Shown one piece after another: positions 27,335 to 37,463 of a stretch of 64,000 nucleotides of DNA (its first letter is position 1; every line of letters begins with the position of its first letter). The position numbers and the translations under genes were made by a program. The DNA is from Candidatus Bathyarchaeota archaeon (lineage in GTDB: Archaea > Thermoproteota > Bathyarchaeia > Bathyarchaeales > Bathycorpusculaceae), in NCBI GenBank assembly GCA_963833575.1, contig CAWHXY010000001.1:5869-69868 (forward strand). The letters are read 5' to 3'. The notes under the pieces were generated by a model. That model did not search any database. It was not told the DNA's origin and was given only the letters and a program-made list of their open reading frames with translations.

Positions 27335-28416
27335 TAACCAGCCAAGACATCGGCAAAATAGTTGAGAAATACGACCAGAAAAAAATAGCTATTGGAACAT
27401 TAGGCTCCCACAGTTCCCTAAATATTTTCAAGGGCGCCAAAGAAGAAGGCTTCCGAACAGTATGCATTTGCAAAGAAAAAGACGCCATTATGTACAAAAA
27501 ATACCCGCTAGTTGACGAGTTAATAATAGTTAACGACTTCAGTGAACTCCTAAACGAGCCAATGCAGGAAAAATTGCGCAAATTAGATGTTGTTTTGATT
27601 CCGCATGGCTCATTCACCGCTTACCTGAGTACTGAAGAGTTAACTGACAGGCTTTTGGTGCCGATGTTTGGAAACCGTCAGCTGCTCCTTTGGGAAGCAA
27701 ATCGCAAATCCCAGGAAGACTGGCTAAGACAGGCAGGGCTGCGTTTACCCGCAACTTTCAAAACCCCCGAAGACATAGACCGCTTAGTTATCGCCAAACT
27801 ACCAGGAGCCAAAGGCGGCAGAGGCTACTTTTTAGCCAACTCACCCAAAGCTTTCAACAAGAAGTTTGGCGAATTAGTCAAACGTGGCTTATTAAAAGAG
27901 GAGGACCTGCCTCAGATTCACTTGCAGGAGTACGCTTTGGGTGTGAATGTTTACCCAAGCTACTTCAGTTCAATAATAAATGACGATGTAGAGTTGCTGG
28001 CTATGGATAGGCGCTACGAATCAGCCGTGGACTCCATCGGCAAAATCCCCGCAGCTGAACAACTGCAAATAGAGGTTAACCCCACATATACGGTAGTTGG
28101 CAATTTTCCAATTGTACTCCGTGAATCCTTGTTGCCTGAAATGATGCGCATGGGTGACAGCGTACACAAGAAAGCCAAAGAATTGGCGCCTCCTGGAATC
28201 ATTGGGCCTTTCTGCCTTGAAACCGTGATAACTGATGACTTGAAAATCTTTACCTTCGAGATTTCCGCGCGTATTGTTGCTGGAACCAACGTTGGAATTG
28301 GCACTTCACCTTATGCTTACTTGAAGTATGGCGAAAACATGTACATGGGCAGAAGAATAGCTGTGGAAATCAAAGAGGCTGCAAAACAGAAAAGGCTACA
28401 TGACATTTTAGCCTAA
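27331..28416 (+). CDS. purP: Formate-dependent FAICAR synthetase PurP
   Basis: LGSHSSLNI, IPHGSF, GAKGGRGYF, MDRRYE, GPFCLE, FEISARIVAGTN, MGRRIAVEI. Confidence 0.9.
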   Translation: MITSQDIGKIVEKYDQKKIAIGTLGSHSSLNIFKGAKEEGFRTVCICKEKDAIMYKKYPLVDELIIVNDFSELLNEPMQEKLRKLDVVLIPHGSFTAYLSTEELTDRLLVPMFGNRQLLLWEANRKSQEDWLRQAGLRLPATFKTPEDIDRLVIAKLPGAKGGRGYFLANSPKAFNKKFGELVKRGLLKEEDLPQIHLQEYALGVNVYPSYFSSIINDDVELLAMDRRYESAVDSIGKIPAAEQLQIEVNPTYTVVGNFPIVLRESLLPEMMRMGDSVHKKAKELAPPGIIGPFCLETVITDDLKIFTFEISARIVAGTNVGIGTSPYAYLKYGENMYMGRRIAVEIKEAAKQKRLHDILA

Positions 28417-28422
28417 ACTGTG

Positions 28423-29190
28423 CTAAGCGAGACAGAACTCAAGTAAGCCCTCAAAGTTTTCTCGGGTTCTATTTTTCTTGTAAACCTTTAACACGTCAAT
28501 CAAATCCAATCTATTCTTTTCTCCAAAAATTTCTGTCAAAATCTTTGCTGCTGAGCTGTTGCCTGCAAAAAGATACTGGCAAACCGCTGTAACATTAGCA
28601 ACTCTTCGCCCTACGCTGGAGGTTTCAAAATCAACAATAAATACCCTATTTAATTTGTCCACTAACAAATGTTTAGGCGCTTTGCTAAGTTCACCATGAT
28701 CCAAACCTGAATGATCCAGCCTGAAACACTGCTCCAAAACCTCCGACAAAACTCGCTTCACTTCCGCTTTTTCTTTGTTTGTTTTTAACCAATTGGGAAG
28801 CAAGTCCCCATCAATAAGCTGCATTAGGAGAAAGTTTTTGCTTGCCGTTGCAAGTTTCGGAGCCACACCAACAGCGTTTGCTCTGGCCAACATGGCTGCT
28901 TCATGAAGCAGGTCAGCTCGGTCTGCGTCTGAACGTCGAATTTTGACAGCCAATCTTTGTCCGTTAAGGTATCCAACGATTACGATGCCAACGAAACCCT
29001 TGCCCAAAACGGGAACTGCAACGCCAAATACGCTGGCTGAACCCGAAAACTCAAGAGCCGTGACGCCGAGGCTTCGGAGTTCCTGGAGACGGCTTTGCAG
29101 TTCGCCTTCGGTGGGGTTTGGAAAGCACAGGACAGATGAGTACGGTTCTTGCGTCAGTTGATCAACTGGGATGATTAAAGGCTCTTTCAT
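28423..29190 (-). CDS. Archaeal RIO/Bud32-like Ser/Thr protein kinase
   Basis: LGKGFVGIV, AVKIRR, LDHGELS, IVDFETS. Confidence 0.85.
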   Translation of the reverse strand: MKEPLIIPVDQLTQEPYSSVLCFPNPTEGELQSRLQELRSLGVTALEFSGSASVFGVAVPVLGKGFVGIVIVGYLNGQRLAVKIRRSDADRADLLHEAAMLARANAVGVAPKLATASKNFLLMQLIDGDLLPNWLKTNKEKAEVKRVLSEVLEQCFRLDHSGLDHGELSKAPKHLLVDKLNRVFIVDFETSSVGRRVANVTAVCQYLFAGNSSAAKILTEIFGEKNRLDLIDVLKVYKKNRTRENFEGLLEFCLA

Positions 29191-29335
29191 TGACGGCTCG
29201 CTCTTGGGTTCTTGACTATATCCTCATCGGTCTATTAATCTAATATTGGAAACATCAAAAGAATCTGCTTTTACCCATCATTCCTATTTCTTTTGTGCGA
29301 ATGCACTATAAGCAGCGAAACATGTACGCTTAGAA

Positions 29336-29533
29336 ATGGAACCTAATCAACAGAGAAGTCGAATCAAATCGGGCAGCCGAGTAAAAATCGTCTTGAAGCA
29401 GCACCAGCAAAGCGGCATCTTAACTGACGGTATTGTCAAAGAAATTCTTACTAACAGCTCAACTCACCCCCACGGAATCAAGGTGCGACTCACTGACGGC
29501 AAAGTAGGTCGAGTGCAAACAATAATAAAATAA
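29336..29533 (+). CDS. YwbE family small protein
   Basis: IVLKQHQQSGILTDGIVKEILTNSSTHPHGIKVRL..GKVGRVQ. Confidence 0.88.
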   Translation: MEPNQQRSRIKSGSRVKIVLKQHQQSGILTDGIVKEILTNSSTHPHGIKVRLTDGKVGRVQTIIK

Positions 29534-29897
29534 TCTATTTTTTGTGTAGCTTCAACTAATATATTCTTTCTGTTTGTATTTAGTTTCTATTTCGTTGAGT
29601 GTTAAAGCTGCTTCAAATATGATTGCATCAATCGTATCAAATTCTTGTTTTACTGCAACTTTTATTTGACTCAAAGTCAATTCCCCAAATAAGAAAACAA
29701 TTTGCCTGCGGGGCTTATTAAAACATAACATGCTGGAATATCGCAGACTATATTGTTCTACTCTAAGACTCTCAAAATTGTTAATATTTGTTTGTGGTTT
29801 ACTCCATACAACAACAAATGAGTCAGCATCTGAGATTTTTCGGTTATAAATTTTAATAAGGTGACGGTATTATTGGAATTCTGTTTGTGTACTGACT

Positions 29898-32009
29898 ATG
29901 CCGAGATTCAAACAAATGGCGCAAATCCAAGAGCTTATGACTAGAAAGGAGGTTATCCGAAACATCGGCATAATCGCTCATATTGACCATGGCAAAACCA
30001 CGCTTGCGGATTCCCTATTGGCTGGGGTAGGTTTGCTTTCTACAGCAATGGCTGGTCAAGCGAGAGTGCTTGATTATCTTGAGGAAGAACAAAAACGAAA
30101 AATCACCATAAAAACAGCCAACATAACTTTGCTTTACAAAACTCCAAACAAATCATATATAATTAATCTTGTCGACACTCCAGGACATGTGGATTTCACG
30201 GGCAAAGTAACCCGGGCCTTACGTGTTATTGACGGTGCCGTTGTAGTTGTGGATGCTGTCGAAGAGATTATGGCTCAAACCGAAATTGTTACGCGCCAAG
30301 CCCTTAATGAACGTGTAAGACCTGTCCTATTCATAAACAAAGTTGATCGACTCATCACTGAATTACACCTAAACGAGGATCAAATCAAAAAGAAATTAGA
30401 CCACATAATCAGCAGCTTCAACGACCTCATAGAACTTTATGGCCAAGAACCTTTCAAAAACCAGTGGAAAATTGACAGTTCTTCGGGGAACGTTGCTTTT
30501 GGAGCGGCTCTCCATGGCTGGGGCTTTACGATGAATATGGCAAAGGAAAAAAGCTTAAAGTTTTCAGACATAATCTACGCTTATCAAAAAGGGGAAGGAA
30601 CAAAACTTTCAAAAACACTACCTGTTTACGAAGCAATTTTTGAAATGATAATCAAGAAGGTTCCAAACCCAAGAGAAGCCCAATTATACAGAATAGAGGC
30701 GATTTGGGATGGACATGTTAACTCGCCGATTGGCAAGGCATTGACTGAATGCAACGATGAAGGACCAGGGGTTTTTTGCGTAACCAATGTTTTTCCTGAT
30801 TCAAACGGAGGCACCGTTGCCACAGGAAGATTGTTTTCGGGAACAGTTCAGAAGGATGATAGATTCCATCTTGTAGATGCTTTAGCTGAAACAGTTGTTA
30901 ACCAAGTCGATGTTGACATGGGTTCCCTCAAAGAAGAAGTGATATCTGCCTCCGCTGGTAATCTCTTTTCTTTATCTTTGACTGGCGAAGTTAAAGCTGG
31001 CGAAACTCTCGTCGACATGGCGCATAAAGCTGAAATGGTTCCATTTGAAGGCATATGCTACGTTTCCGAGCCTATTGTAACTTTGGCGATTGAACCAAAA
31101 AAACCCCAAGATATTCCCGTTTTGCTTGAAGGATTGGATAAGCTTGCAAGTGAAGATCCAAACCTAAACGTTAAGCTGGATAAGGAAACGGGCGAGTACC
31201 TGCTTAGCGGTATGGGCGAATTGCATTTAGAAGTCGCTCTTAACCAGCTAAAAGCTTTGTGCGGAAATTTGCAGGTAGGTGTTTCGTCACCAAGAGTTGT
31301 ATACATGGAAACTGTCGAGAATCAAGGTAATGTGGCTTTGGCAAAGAGTCCAAATAAGCAAAATAGTTTCTGGGTACAGATTTCTTCTGACGGAAAAGAA
31401 ATGGCGGAATTAGCTAATATTCTTTCAGTTGATGAACATCGGAACGTGCTTTTAGATTGCAGCGGCAAGACAGAGCAGATTTCTGAGGAAGTTTTAGAAG
31501 CTATTATTGGCGGGTTCGAGTTTGCTTGTAAAGCTGGACCGTTGTGCGGTGAACCCGTGCGGCATTTGAAGGTTGACTTAGTTAATTTTCAGCTAGGCAA
31601 GAAATTTGATTCCACAGAGGTCATGCGTGGTGTAGGAAAAGCAGTTTTTGGTTCATTCTTATCTGCTCAGCCAATCCTGATGGAACCTATTTATAAAATA
31701 ATAATCACTGTCGCGTCCGAATTAACAGGTGAATCTTCAAGAATAATTACAAGCAGACGCGGTAAGGTGACTTTGTATGAGCAAAAAGGGCAGTTATCCG
31801 TTATCAGTGGTTACGTGCCTGTATCCGAAACCTTTGGCTTCTCAAAAGAGCTACGGTCTGCAACTTCCGGCAAAGCTTTTTGGCAATCATTTTTTGATCA
31901 CTGGGAAAAGATGCCTCCAAAATTAAACTTGCAGGTAATAACTGATTTGCGTCAGCGCAAAGGTCTATCGATAGATGTGCCTAAACCAGAAATGTTCATG
32001 GAGCAATAG
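29898..32009 (+). CDS. Elongation factor 2 paralog lacking the diphthamide loop
   Basis: AHIDHGKTT, DTPGHVDF, NKVD, GMGELHLE, GPLCGEPV, LMEPIY, ETFGFSKELRSATSG; RKIT in place of RGIT; no HxDxxHRG loop. Confidence 0.88.
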   Translation: MPRFKQMAQIQELMTRKEVIRNIGIIAHIDHGKTTLADSLLAGVGLLSTAMAGQARVLDYLEEEQKRKITIKTANITLLYKTPNKSYIINLVDTPGHVDFTGKVTRALRVIDGAVVVVDAVEEIMAQTEIVTRQALNERVRPVLFINKVDRLITELHLNEDQIKKKLDHIISSFNDLIELYGQEPFKNQWKIDSSSGNVAFGAALHGWGFTMNMAKEKSLKFSDIIYAYQKGEGTKLSKTLPVYEAIFEMIIKKVPNPREAQLYRIEAIWDGHVNSPIGKALTECNDEGPGVFCVTNVFPDSNGGTVATGRLFSGTVQKDDRFHLVDALAETVVNQVDVDMGSLKEEVISASAGNLFSLSLTGEVKAGETLVDMAHKAEMVPFEGICYVSEPIVTLAIEPKKPQDIPVLLEGLDKLASEDPNLNVKLDKETGEYLLSGMGELHLEVALNQLKALCGNLQVGVSSPRVVYMETVENQGNVALAKSPNKQNSFWVQISSDGKEMAELANILSVDEHRNVLLDCSGKTEQISEEVLEAIIGGFEFACKAGPLCGEPVRHLKVDLVNFQLGKKFDSTEVMRGVGKAVFGSFLSAQPILMEPIYKIIITVASELTGESSRIITSRRGKVTLYEQKGQLSVISGYVPVSETFGFSKELRSATSGKAFWQSFFDHWEKMPPKLNLQVITDLRQRKGLSIDVPKPEMFMEQ

Positions 32010-32010
32010 C

Positions 32011-32871
32011 ATGCGTCTGGGCGTCCCGTTTGATTTGGATTTTTCGCTTTGCTGTGGACAAGTTTTTAGATGGAAGAAGATCGGCGGTTGGTGGTATGGT
32101 GTTGTGGGCGATAAGATGTTTAAGATTCGTCAATGTAGCGTTGAGCTAGAGTTTGTTGGCGTCGACGAAAATTTTGTTAGGCATTATTTTGGTTTAGATG
32201 ATGATTTAGAGCAAATCAAACGCTGCATCAGCAAAGACGATTACATTAAACAAGCTTTGTGTCGATTCGAGGGTTTGCGAATTGTTCGCCAGATTCCTTG
32301 GGAGTGCCTCATCAGCTTTATCTGTGCAACATACAAGAGTATTGCAGCTATAGAGTTGATGCTTCACAAGCTTTCAGCGAAGTTTGGTGAGAAACGAGTT
32401 TTTGATGGTTTGGAGTTTAACACTTTCCCTCCTACCCAGAAGCTGGCAAGTGCAAGTGAGAGTGAGCTGCAGGAATGCGGTTTAGGCTATAGAGCTAAGT
32501 ATGTTCAGGCAACCGCAAAAAAAATCCTCGAAGAAAATATTGATCTCGAAAACCTGAAAAACTTACCTTATCTTGAAGCAAGAAAAGCGCTTATTGAGTT
32601 TCCAGGAGTCGGTTTGAAGGTAGCCGATTGTGTACTGATTTTTTCTCTTGAAAAAATGGAAGCTTTTCCAGTTGATGTTTGGGTAAAACGAATAGTCCTG
32701 AACCATTATGCGAACCAGCTTCCAGAACCATTCGTGAAAAAACTGTCCAGTCATAATTCCCTCACAAACGGAGAATATGAAAAAGTTAATGCTTTTGGTC
32801 GGAGCTACTTTGGACATTTTGCTGGTTATGCTCAAGAATACCTATTTCACTGGGAAAGAACACAGCGTTGA
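32011..32871 (+). CDS. 8-oxoguanine DNA glycosylase (OGG1-like HhH-GPD)
   Basis: CGQVFRW, GLRIVRQIPWECLISFICA, GLGYRAKY, FPGVGLKVADC, AFPVDVW, AGYAQEYLF; start ATG 32011. Confidence 0.9.
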   Translation: MRLGVPFDLDFSLCCGQVFRWKKIGGWWYGVVGDKMFKIRQCSVELEFVGVDENFVRHYFGLDDDLEQIKRCISKDDYIKQALCRFEGLRIVRQIPWECLISFICATYKSIAAIELMLHKLSAKFGEKRVFDGLEFNTFPPTQKLASASESELQECGLGYRAKYVQATAKKILEENIDLENLKNLPYLEARKALIEFPGVGLKVADCVLIFSLEKMEAFPVDVWVKRIVLNHYANQLPEPFVKKLSSHNSLTNGEYEKVNAFGRSYFGHFAGYAQEYLFHWERTQR

Positions 32872-32947
32872 TGCTTTGGCTTGTTTAGTGGATATGCGGA
32901 AAATGTTTAAATCTGCTATGAAATAGCAATATTAGGAACAGTGCAAA

Positions 32948-33026
<79 letters not shown>

Positions 33027-33050
33027 CTCAACTTTAAAGAGCTAACGCGA

Positions 33051-33599
33051 ATGGGAGCCGCTTACTCGCAAAAAAACTACGCTTGCATGATGGTTGAATC
33101 TGTCAAACGTCATTTGTTGTCCATTGGTTTTTGGCTGGTTTTTTTCGGGGTGGCTGATTTATGGTTTGTTATGCCAAACCTGTATGCTGGGTTGGTGGGA
33201 GATTGGCCGAATGTCGATTGGCGGTTTTTCTACTTTTACATACCGCAATGGAGATTCACTGTTCCAGCTCTTCTACTAATGACTTTAGTTGGAACCTTAC
33301 TGATGGGTATATACTGCATAAAGGGCATTCAACCTCAAGTAACTGACAATAAACAAAATGCAGCAATACTGGTTACCGCTCTTGGCTTTACCTATCAAGT
33401 GGTTGGGGCATGGCCGCTGTGGAATCAAGTGTATGCTTGGCCATGGCAGGCAGAAATCGCTAGGTACGGAAACTGGCTCGTTTTTCCACTTTTCATCGGA
33501 AGCCTTATTGCATTGGTAATCGGAGCTGCGTCACTGTATAAACACAGCAAGATTTACCACCTAAGAACTATGAAATCTGAGAACTTGATAGAAAAATAA
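33051..33599 (+). CDS. Hypothetical Trp-rich multi-pass membrane protein
   Basis: 182-aa ORF with about four hydrophobic segments; no family recognised; start uncertain. Confidence 0.6.
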   Translation: MGAAYSQKNYACMMVESVKRHLLSIGFWLVFFGVADLWFVMPNLYAGLVGDWPNVDWRFFYFYIPQWRFTVPALLLMTLVGTLLMGIYCIKGIQPQVTDNKQNAAILVTALGFTYQVVGAWPLWNQVYAWPWQAEIARYGNWLVFPLFIGSLIALVIGAASLYKHSKIYHLRTMKSENLIEK

Positions 33600-33682
33600 C
33601 ATTTTCCAAAAAAATGGTAAAATGGTTCTTAAACAAACTTGCAGAGTTCGTTTTCAGAAAATTTAAGTAGTGGGAATTTTGG

Positions 33683-34255
33683 CTATTTCACTATTTCTTC
33701 GATTATATCGGTAACCATCATTACTTTTGCGCTGTAGACATTTTCTAAGTATTTGAGTCCTTGCTCTTGGTCTTCTTGCGTGAATGCTTCTACTCCATCT
33801 TTGGCGATTATTATGTGATAGCCTCGGAAGAAAGCGTCAGCAGCGGTATGGCGAACGCACATGTGAGTATGTAAGCCTCCGAGAACCACTGTTTTTACAC
33901 CTTGCCCCTTATAGAGGCTTCGCAGGAGTGAATCTAAGCCTGTCTCGAAAAAGCCGCTGTATGTTCGCTTCTCCACAATGTAATCTTTGCTTTCTTCAGG
34001 TTTAAGTTCTGGGATAACATCTGCTCCTTTTGTGCCTTTTATGGCATGGTTACCCCATTTACGTGTAACTTCAAGGTCTTGTGGATAATGAGCGTCGTTA
34101 CTGTATATGACAGGTACATCATTTTTCCGTGCCTCCACGACTAATCTCTGAAGAGGCAGAATAACGGTCTTGACTCGTTTTGCTTCTAAGGCTCCAGTAA
34201 CAAAATCATTCAAAATATCAACGAGTATTACGGCTGGGTTATCCAAAGAATTCAC
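33683..34255 (-). CDS. Isochorismatase-family cysteine hydrolase
   Basis: ILVDILNDF, VEKRTYSGF, HTHMCVRHTA (Asp-Lys-Cys triad). Confidence 0.9.
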   Translation of the reverse strand: MNSLDNPAVILVDILNDFVTGALEAKRVKTVILPLQRLVVEARKNDVPVIYSNDAHYPQDLEVTRKWGNHAIKGTKGADVIPELKPEESKDYIVEKRTYSGFFETGLDSLLRSLYKGQGVKTVVLGGLHTHMCVRHTAADAFFRGYHIIIAKDGVEAFTQEDQEQGLKYLENVYSAKVMMVTDIIEEIVK

Positions 34256-34297
34256 TTCTATTAAACAAAATCTGTGAAGTGGCTATTTAGTTTTACT

Positions 34298-35371
34298 TTA
34301 ACGAACCGTATCAAGCGAATAATACTCTGTGGTTAACCTCTCAGCACCATTAGAAGTGACTAAGACGGTGTCTTCGATTCTCACTCCGCCGCACCCTGGC
34401 AGATAAATTCCAGGCTCATCCGTCACCACGTTGCCAGCGGCTAAGGTATCTTTGCTGTCTGGACTCAAGATAGGTGCTTCATGAATCTCTAAGCCAACGC
34501 CATGCCCAAGATTATGTACGAAAAACTCGCCAAACCCAGCCATCTCAATAACCCGTCTAGCCGCTGCATCAACTTGAGCCGCTGGAATGTTTGGACTCAT
34601 GGCTTTGAAAGCTTTTTGTTGTGCTGCTTTAACCGTTTCATATATTTTCATTTGTTTCTCTGTTGACTTGCCAGCCGTAAAAGTTCGGGTCATATCTGAC
34701 CGGTAAGATCGATAAGTCGCCCCCAAATCCACGACCACCAAGTCGCCCGGATGAATTGTTCTATTAGTGCAGGATCCATGCGGAAAAGCTGAGCTAATGC
34801 CTGAAGCGATTATAGTGTCAAAACTTGTTCCGTCAGCGCCTTTTTTACGCATAGCGTATTCAACTTCAGCCGCGACACGTCGCTCTGTCACACCTGGCTT
34901 GACGGTTTCAAAGGCCACTTGCATACCTATCTCTGCCAAATTGCAAGCCTCACGAATAAGCTTGACTTCATCTTGATCTTTAACGCTCCTTAACTTGCGG
35001 ATTAGATTGGCACCTAACTCTAATTTTTCTTCGCCACCGACTGCTTTAGCCAGGGCACGCCACGATTCAATTGACAATGAGTCTACAGCCAGTTTGGATG
35101 GTATATCGGAGGCCATTTGTTTAGTCATTTTCTCCATTAAATTTTCGCTGCGGTTAAGAAGCTTGACAGTTAAGCCGCTGATTTCAGCTTTTGCCTGTTC
35201 ATAATTGACTCCTGAAACGTATAGGGTGCTTTCGCCTTGTTTCGGAATCAGCAGAGCAGTTGCTCCTGAAAAGCTTGTGAAGTATGTCAAGTTTATGTTA
35301 TTAAAAATCAAGAAAAAATCCATTTTGTCTTGATTAAGCATTTTTTGCTGGAGGTCACTTATTTTATTCAA
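34298..35371 (-). CDS. Xaa-Pro peptidase (M24B)
   Basis: SAFPHG, VVVDLG, YRSDMTRT, HNLGHGVGLEIHEAP, TDEPGIY, GVRIEDTV. Confidence 0.92.
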   Translation of the reverse strand: MNKISDLQQKMLNQDKMDFFLIFNNINLTYFTSFSGATALLIPKQGESTLYVSGVNYEQAKAEISGLTVKLLNRSENLMEKMTKQMASDIPSKLAVDSLSIESWRALAKAVGGEEKLELGANLIRKLRSVKDQDEVKLIREACNLAEIGMQVAFETVKPGVTERRVAAEVEYAMRKKGADGTSFDTIIASGISSAFPHGSCTNRTIHPGDLVVVDLGATYRSYRSDMTRTFTAGKSTEKQMKIYETVKAAQQKAFKAMSPNIPAAQVDAAARRVIEMAGFGEFFVHNLGHGVGLEIHEAPILSPDSKDTLAAGNVVTDEPGIYLPGCGGVRIEDTVLVTSNGAERLTTEYYSLDTVR

Positions 35372-35548
35372 GGTTTTTCGCCTTTTAGGAAAAAGAATGT
35401 TTTGGGCGGTTTAAGTTTTCGCTTCCGATTTTGCGTTATGCAGCTCAAGACAAGTCGTTTTTAGTCAAGAATTCTTAAATGAAATAGCCATTAACTTAAT
35501 ATAAGGTTCAGATGACTTCCATAAATAAGACTTTGAGGGGAAAAAAGC

Positions 35549-37462
35549 ATGTTTGCTTATGCAGGAAAAATTTTACATGTTAACCTCACTACGGGAGAAA
35601 CAAAAACTGAGCCATTATCAGAACAAATGGCTAAAGATTACATCGGCGGTATAGGTTTAGGCATTCGCCTATTGTTTGACAACTCAAAACCAGGGACAGA
35701 CGCCTACGACCCTGAAAACCCGATAATTTACTTAACTGGTCCACTCAGCGGCACCATGGGACCAACAGGCGGCAACAGCTACGCTGTTGTTTCCAAATCA
35801 CCAGCAACCGGCGGCATAGGCAATGCTGAAGCCCACGGCTTCTTTGGTCCAGATCTGAAACGTGCAGGCTACGACGCAGTCATAATCACAGGTAAAGCTC
35901 CCAAACTATCCTACCTTTGGCTTGACGACGACAAAGTCGAAATTCGAGATGCCGCATATCTCAAAAACGCAACCGTTAAAGAAACCGATGACAAAATTCG
36001 AGATGAACTCGGAGATTTCTACATTCGTGTTTCAGCAATTGGTGAAGCTGGCGAGAAACTTTGTAGGTTTGCCGCCATCATAAATGACGAGTTCCGCGCT
36101 ATCGGAAGGAGCGGCATGGGCGGAGTCATGGGCAGCAAAAACCTAAAAGCAGTTGCCGTCCGTGGAACACATGACGTTAACGTAGCTAACCTGGAAGGAT
36201 TCAAAGAATTTATCAAAATGATTCATGAACGCATGAAGGGTCCATCAACCAAAAAATACAAAACCTTGGGCACTCCGGAAAACGTTTTGGTCCTTAATTC
36301 ACTTTCAGCTTTGGCAACAAGAAACTGGACGAACGCAACTTTTGAAGGGGCAGACAAAGTCAGCGGAGAATACTTCAACGAGCATTATGTAAAGAAGATC
36401 GTCGGCTGCGCCACTTGCGGTATGCGTTGTGACCACATTGGTGTTGTTCCTGAAGGTCCATACAAAGGTTCAACCTCAAGGCTTGAGTTCGAGTGCCTTT
36501 GGAGTATGGGACCACTGTGTGGCGTTGACCGGCTTGATGCAATTATCGAAGCCATGCGAATAGTTAACGAGTACGGCATGGACGGCATATCCATAGGTGT
36601 TGTTGTTGCATTCGCAATGGATATTTATGAGCATGGTATAATTACGAAGGAACAAACAGACGGAATAGATCTCAAATTCGGAAATGCCGAAGCACTTATA
36701 GCCATGATTCACAAAATCGGAAAACGCGAAGGCTGGTTGGGAAACATCCTTGCGGAAGGTGTTGCAAAAGCGGCTGAATTAATCGGCGGAGACGCTTACA
36801 AGTACGCTTGCCACATTAAAGGCTTGGAACTTCCAGGCTACGACTTACGCACACTAAAGACTGCTGCTCTTGGCTTTAGTGTTTCATTCAGAGGCGCTTG
36901 CCACTTACGCAATGGTGCTTATTCACCTGATGTTAAAGGCAAAGTTAATCGGTTCAAAATTGAGAAGGGCAGAGGCAAAATGATTACTGAAGAAAGCTAC
37001 ATGTACAATATTATTGACTCGCTTATCGTATGCAAATTCAGTAGAGGCACATATTATGACGGCTGGAAAGATTTGACTAACTATTACACTCTTGCAACTG
37101 GCATCCCAATCACCCCAGAAGAAATGATTAAAGACGGCGACAGAATCGAAAACCTCGCAAGACTTTTCAACATCAGAGAAGGCAAAGGCACACGCAAATA
37201 CGACGATGTTCCCTACAAAATAAAGAATTTCCCAGTTCCCGATGAAGGACCAGCCAAAGGTGTCTGCGTAAACGACGAAGAAATGGCTGTAGGTTTAGAT
37301 GACTATTACGCTTCAAGAGGCTGGACAGTGGATGGAATACCAACCGTTGAACGTTTGCAACAGCTAGGCCTTGGCGACTTAGCATACATAGCCCAAGATG
37401 CAATTAAGGCGGCTCAATCAGCAAAGCCTCAAGCGGTAGCCGCAACTGTGGGAGGTAACTAG
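35549..37462 (+). CDS. aor: Tungsten-dependent aldehyde:ferredoxin oxidoreductase
   Basis: KILHVNLT, SKSPATG, GRSGMGGVMGSKNLKAVAV, CATCGMRC, GMDGISIG, KGLELPGYD, GACHLR, YYASRGW. Confidence 0.93.
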   Translation: MFAYAGKILHVNLTTGETKTEPLSEQMAKDYIGGIGLGIRLLFDNSKPGTDAYDPENPIIYLTGPLSGTMGPTGGNSYAVVSKSPATGGIGNAEAHGFFGPDLKRAGYDAVIITGKAPKLSYLWLDDDKVEIRDAAYLKNATVKETDDKIRDELGDFYIRVSAIGEAGEKLCRFAAIINDEFRAIGRSGMGGVMGSKNLKAVAVRGTHDVNVANLEGFKEFIKMIHERMKGPSTKKYKTLGTPENVLVLNSLSALATRNWTNATFEGADKVSGEYFNEHYVKKIVGCATCGMRCDHIGVVPEGPYKGSTSRLEFECLWSMGPLCGVDRLDAIIEAMRIVNEYGMDGISIGVVVAFAMDIYEHGIITKEQTDGIDLKFGNAEALIAMIHKIGKREGWLGNILAEGVAKAAELIGGDAYKYACHIKGLELPGYDLRTLKTAALGFSVSFRGACHLRNGAYSPDVKGKVNRFKIEKGRGKMITEESYMYNIIDSLIVCKFSRGTYYDGWKDLTNYYTLATGIPITPEEMIKDGDRIENLARLFNIREGKGTRKYDDVPYKIKNFPVPDEGPAKGVCVNDEEMAVGLDDYYASRGWTVDGIPTVERLQQLGLGDLAYIAQDAIKAAQSAKPQAVAATVGGN

Positions 37463-37463
37463 T

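Noticed and set aside
29552-29731. 59-codon minus-strand ORF between ywbE and the EF-2 paralog
   Set aside because: No recognisable motif or RBS; likely chance ORF in AT-rich spacer.
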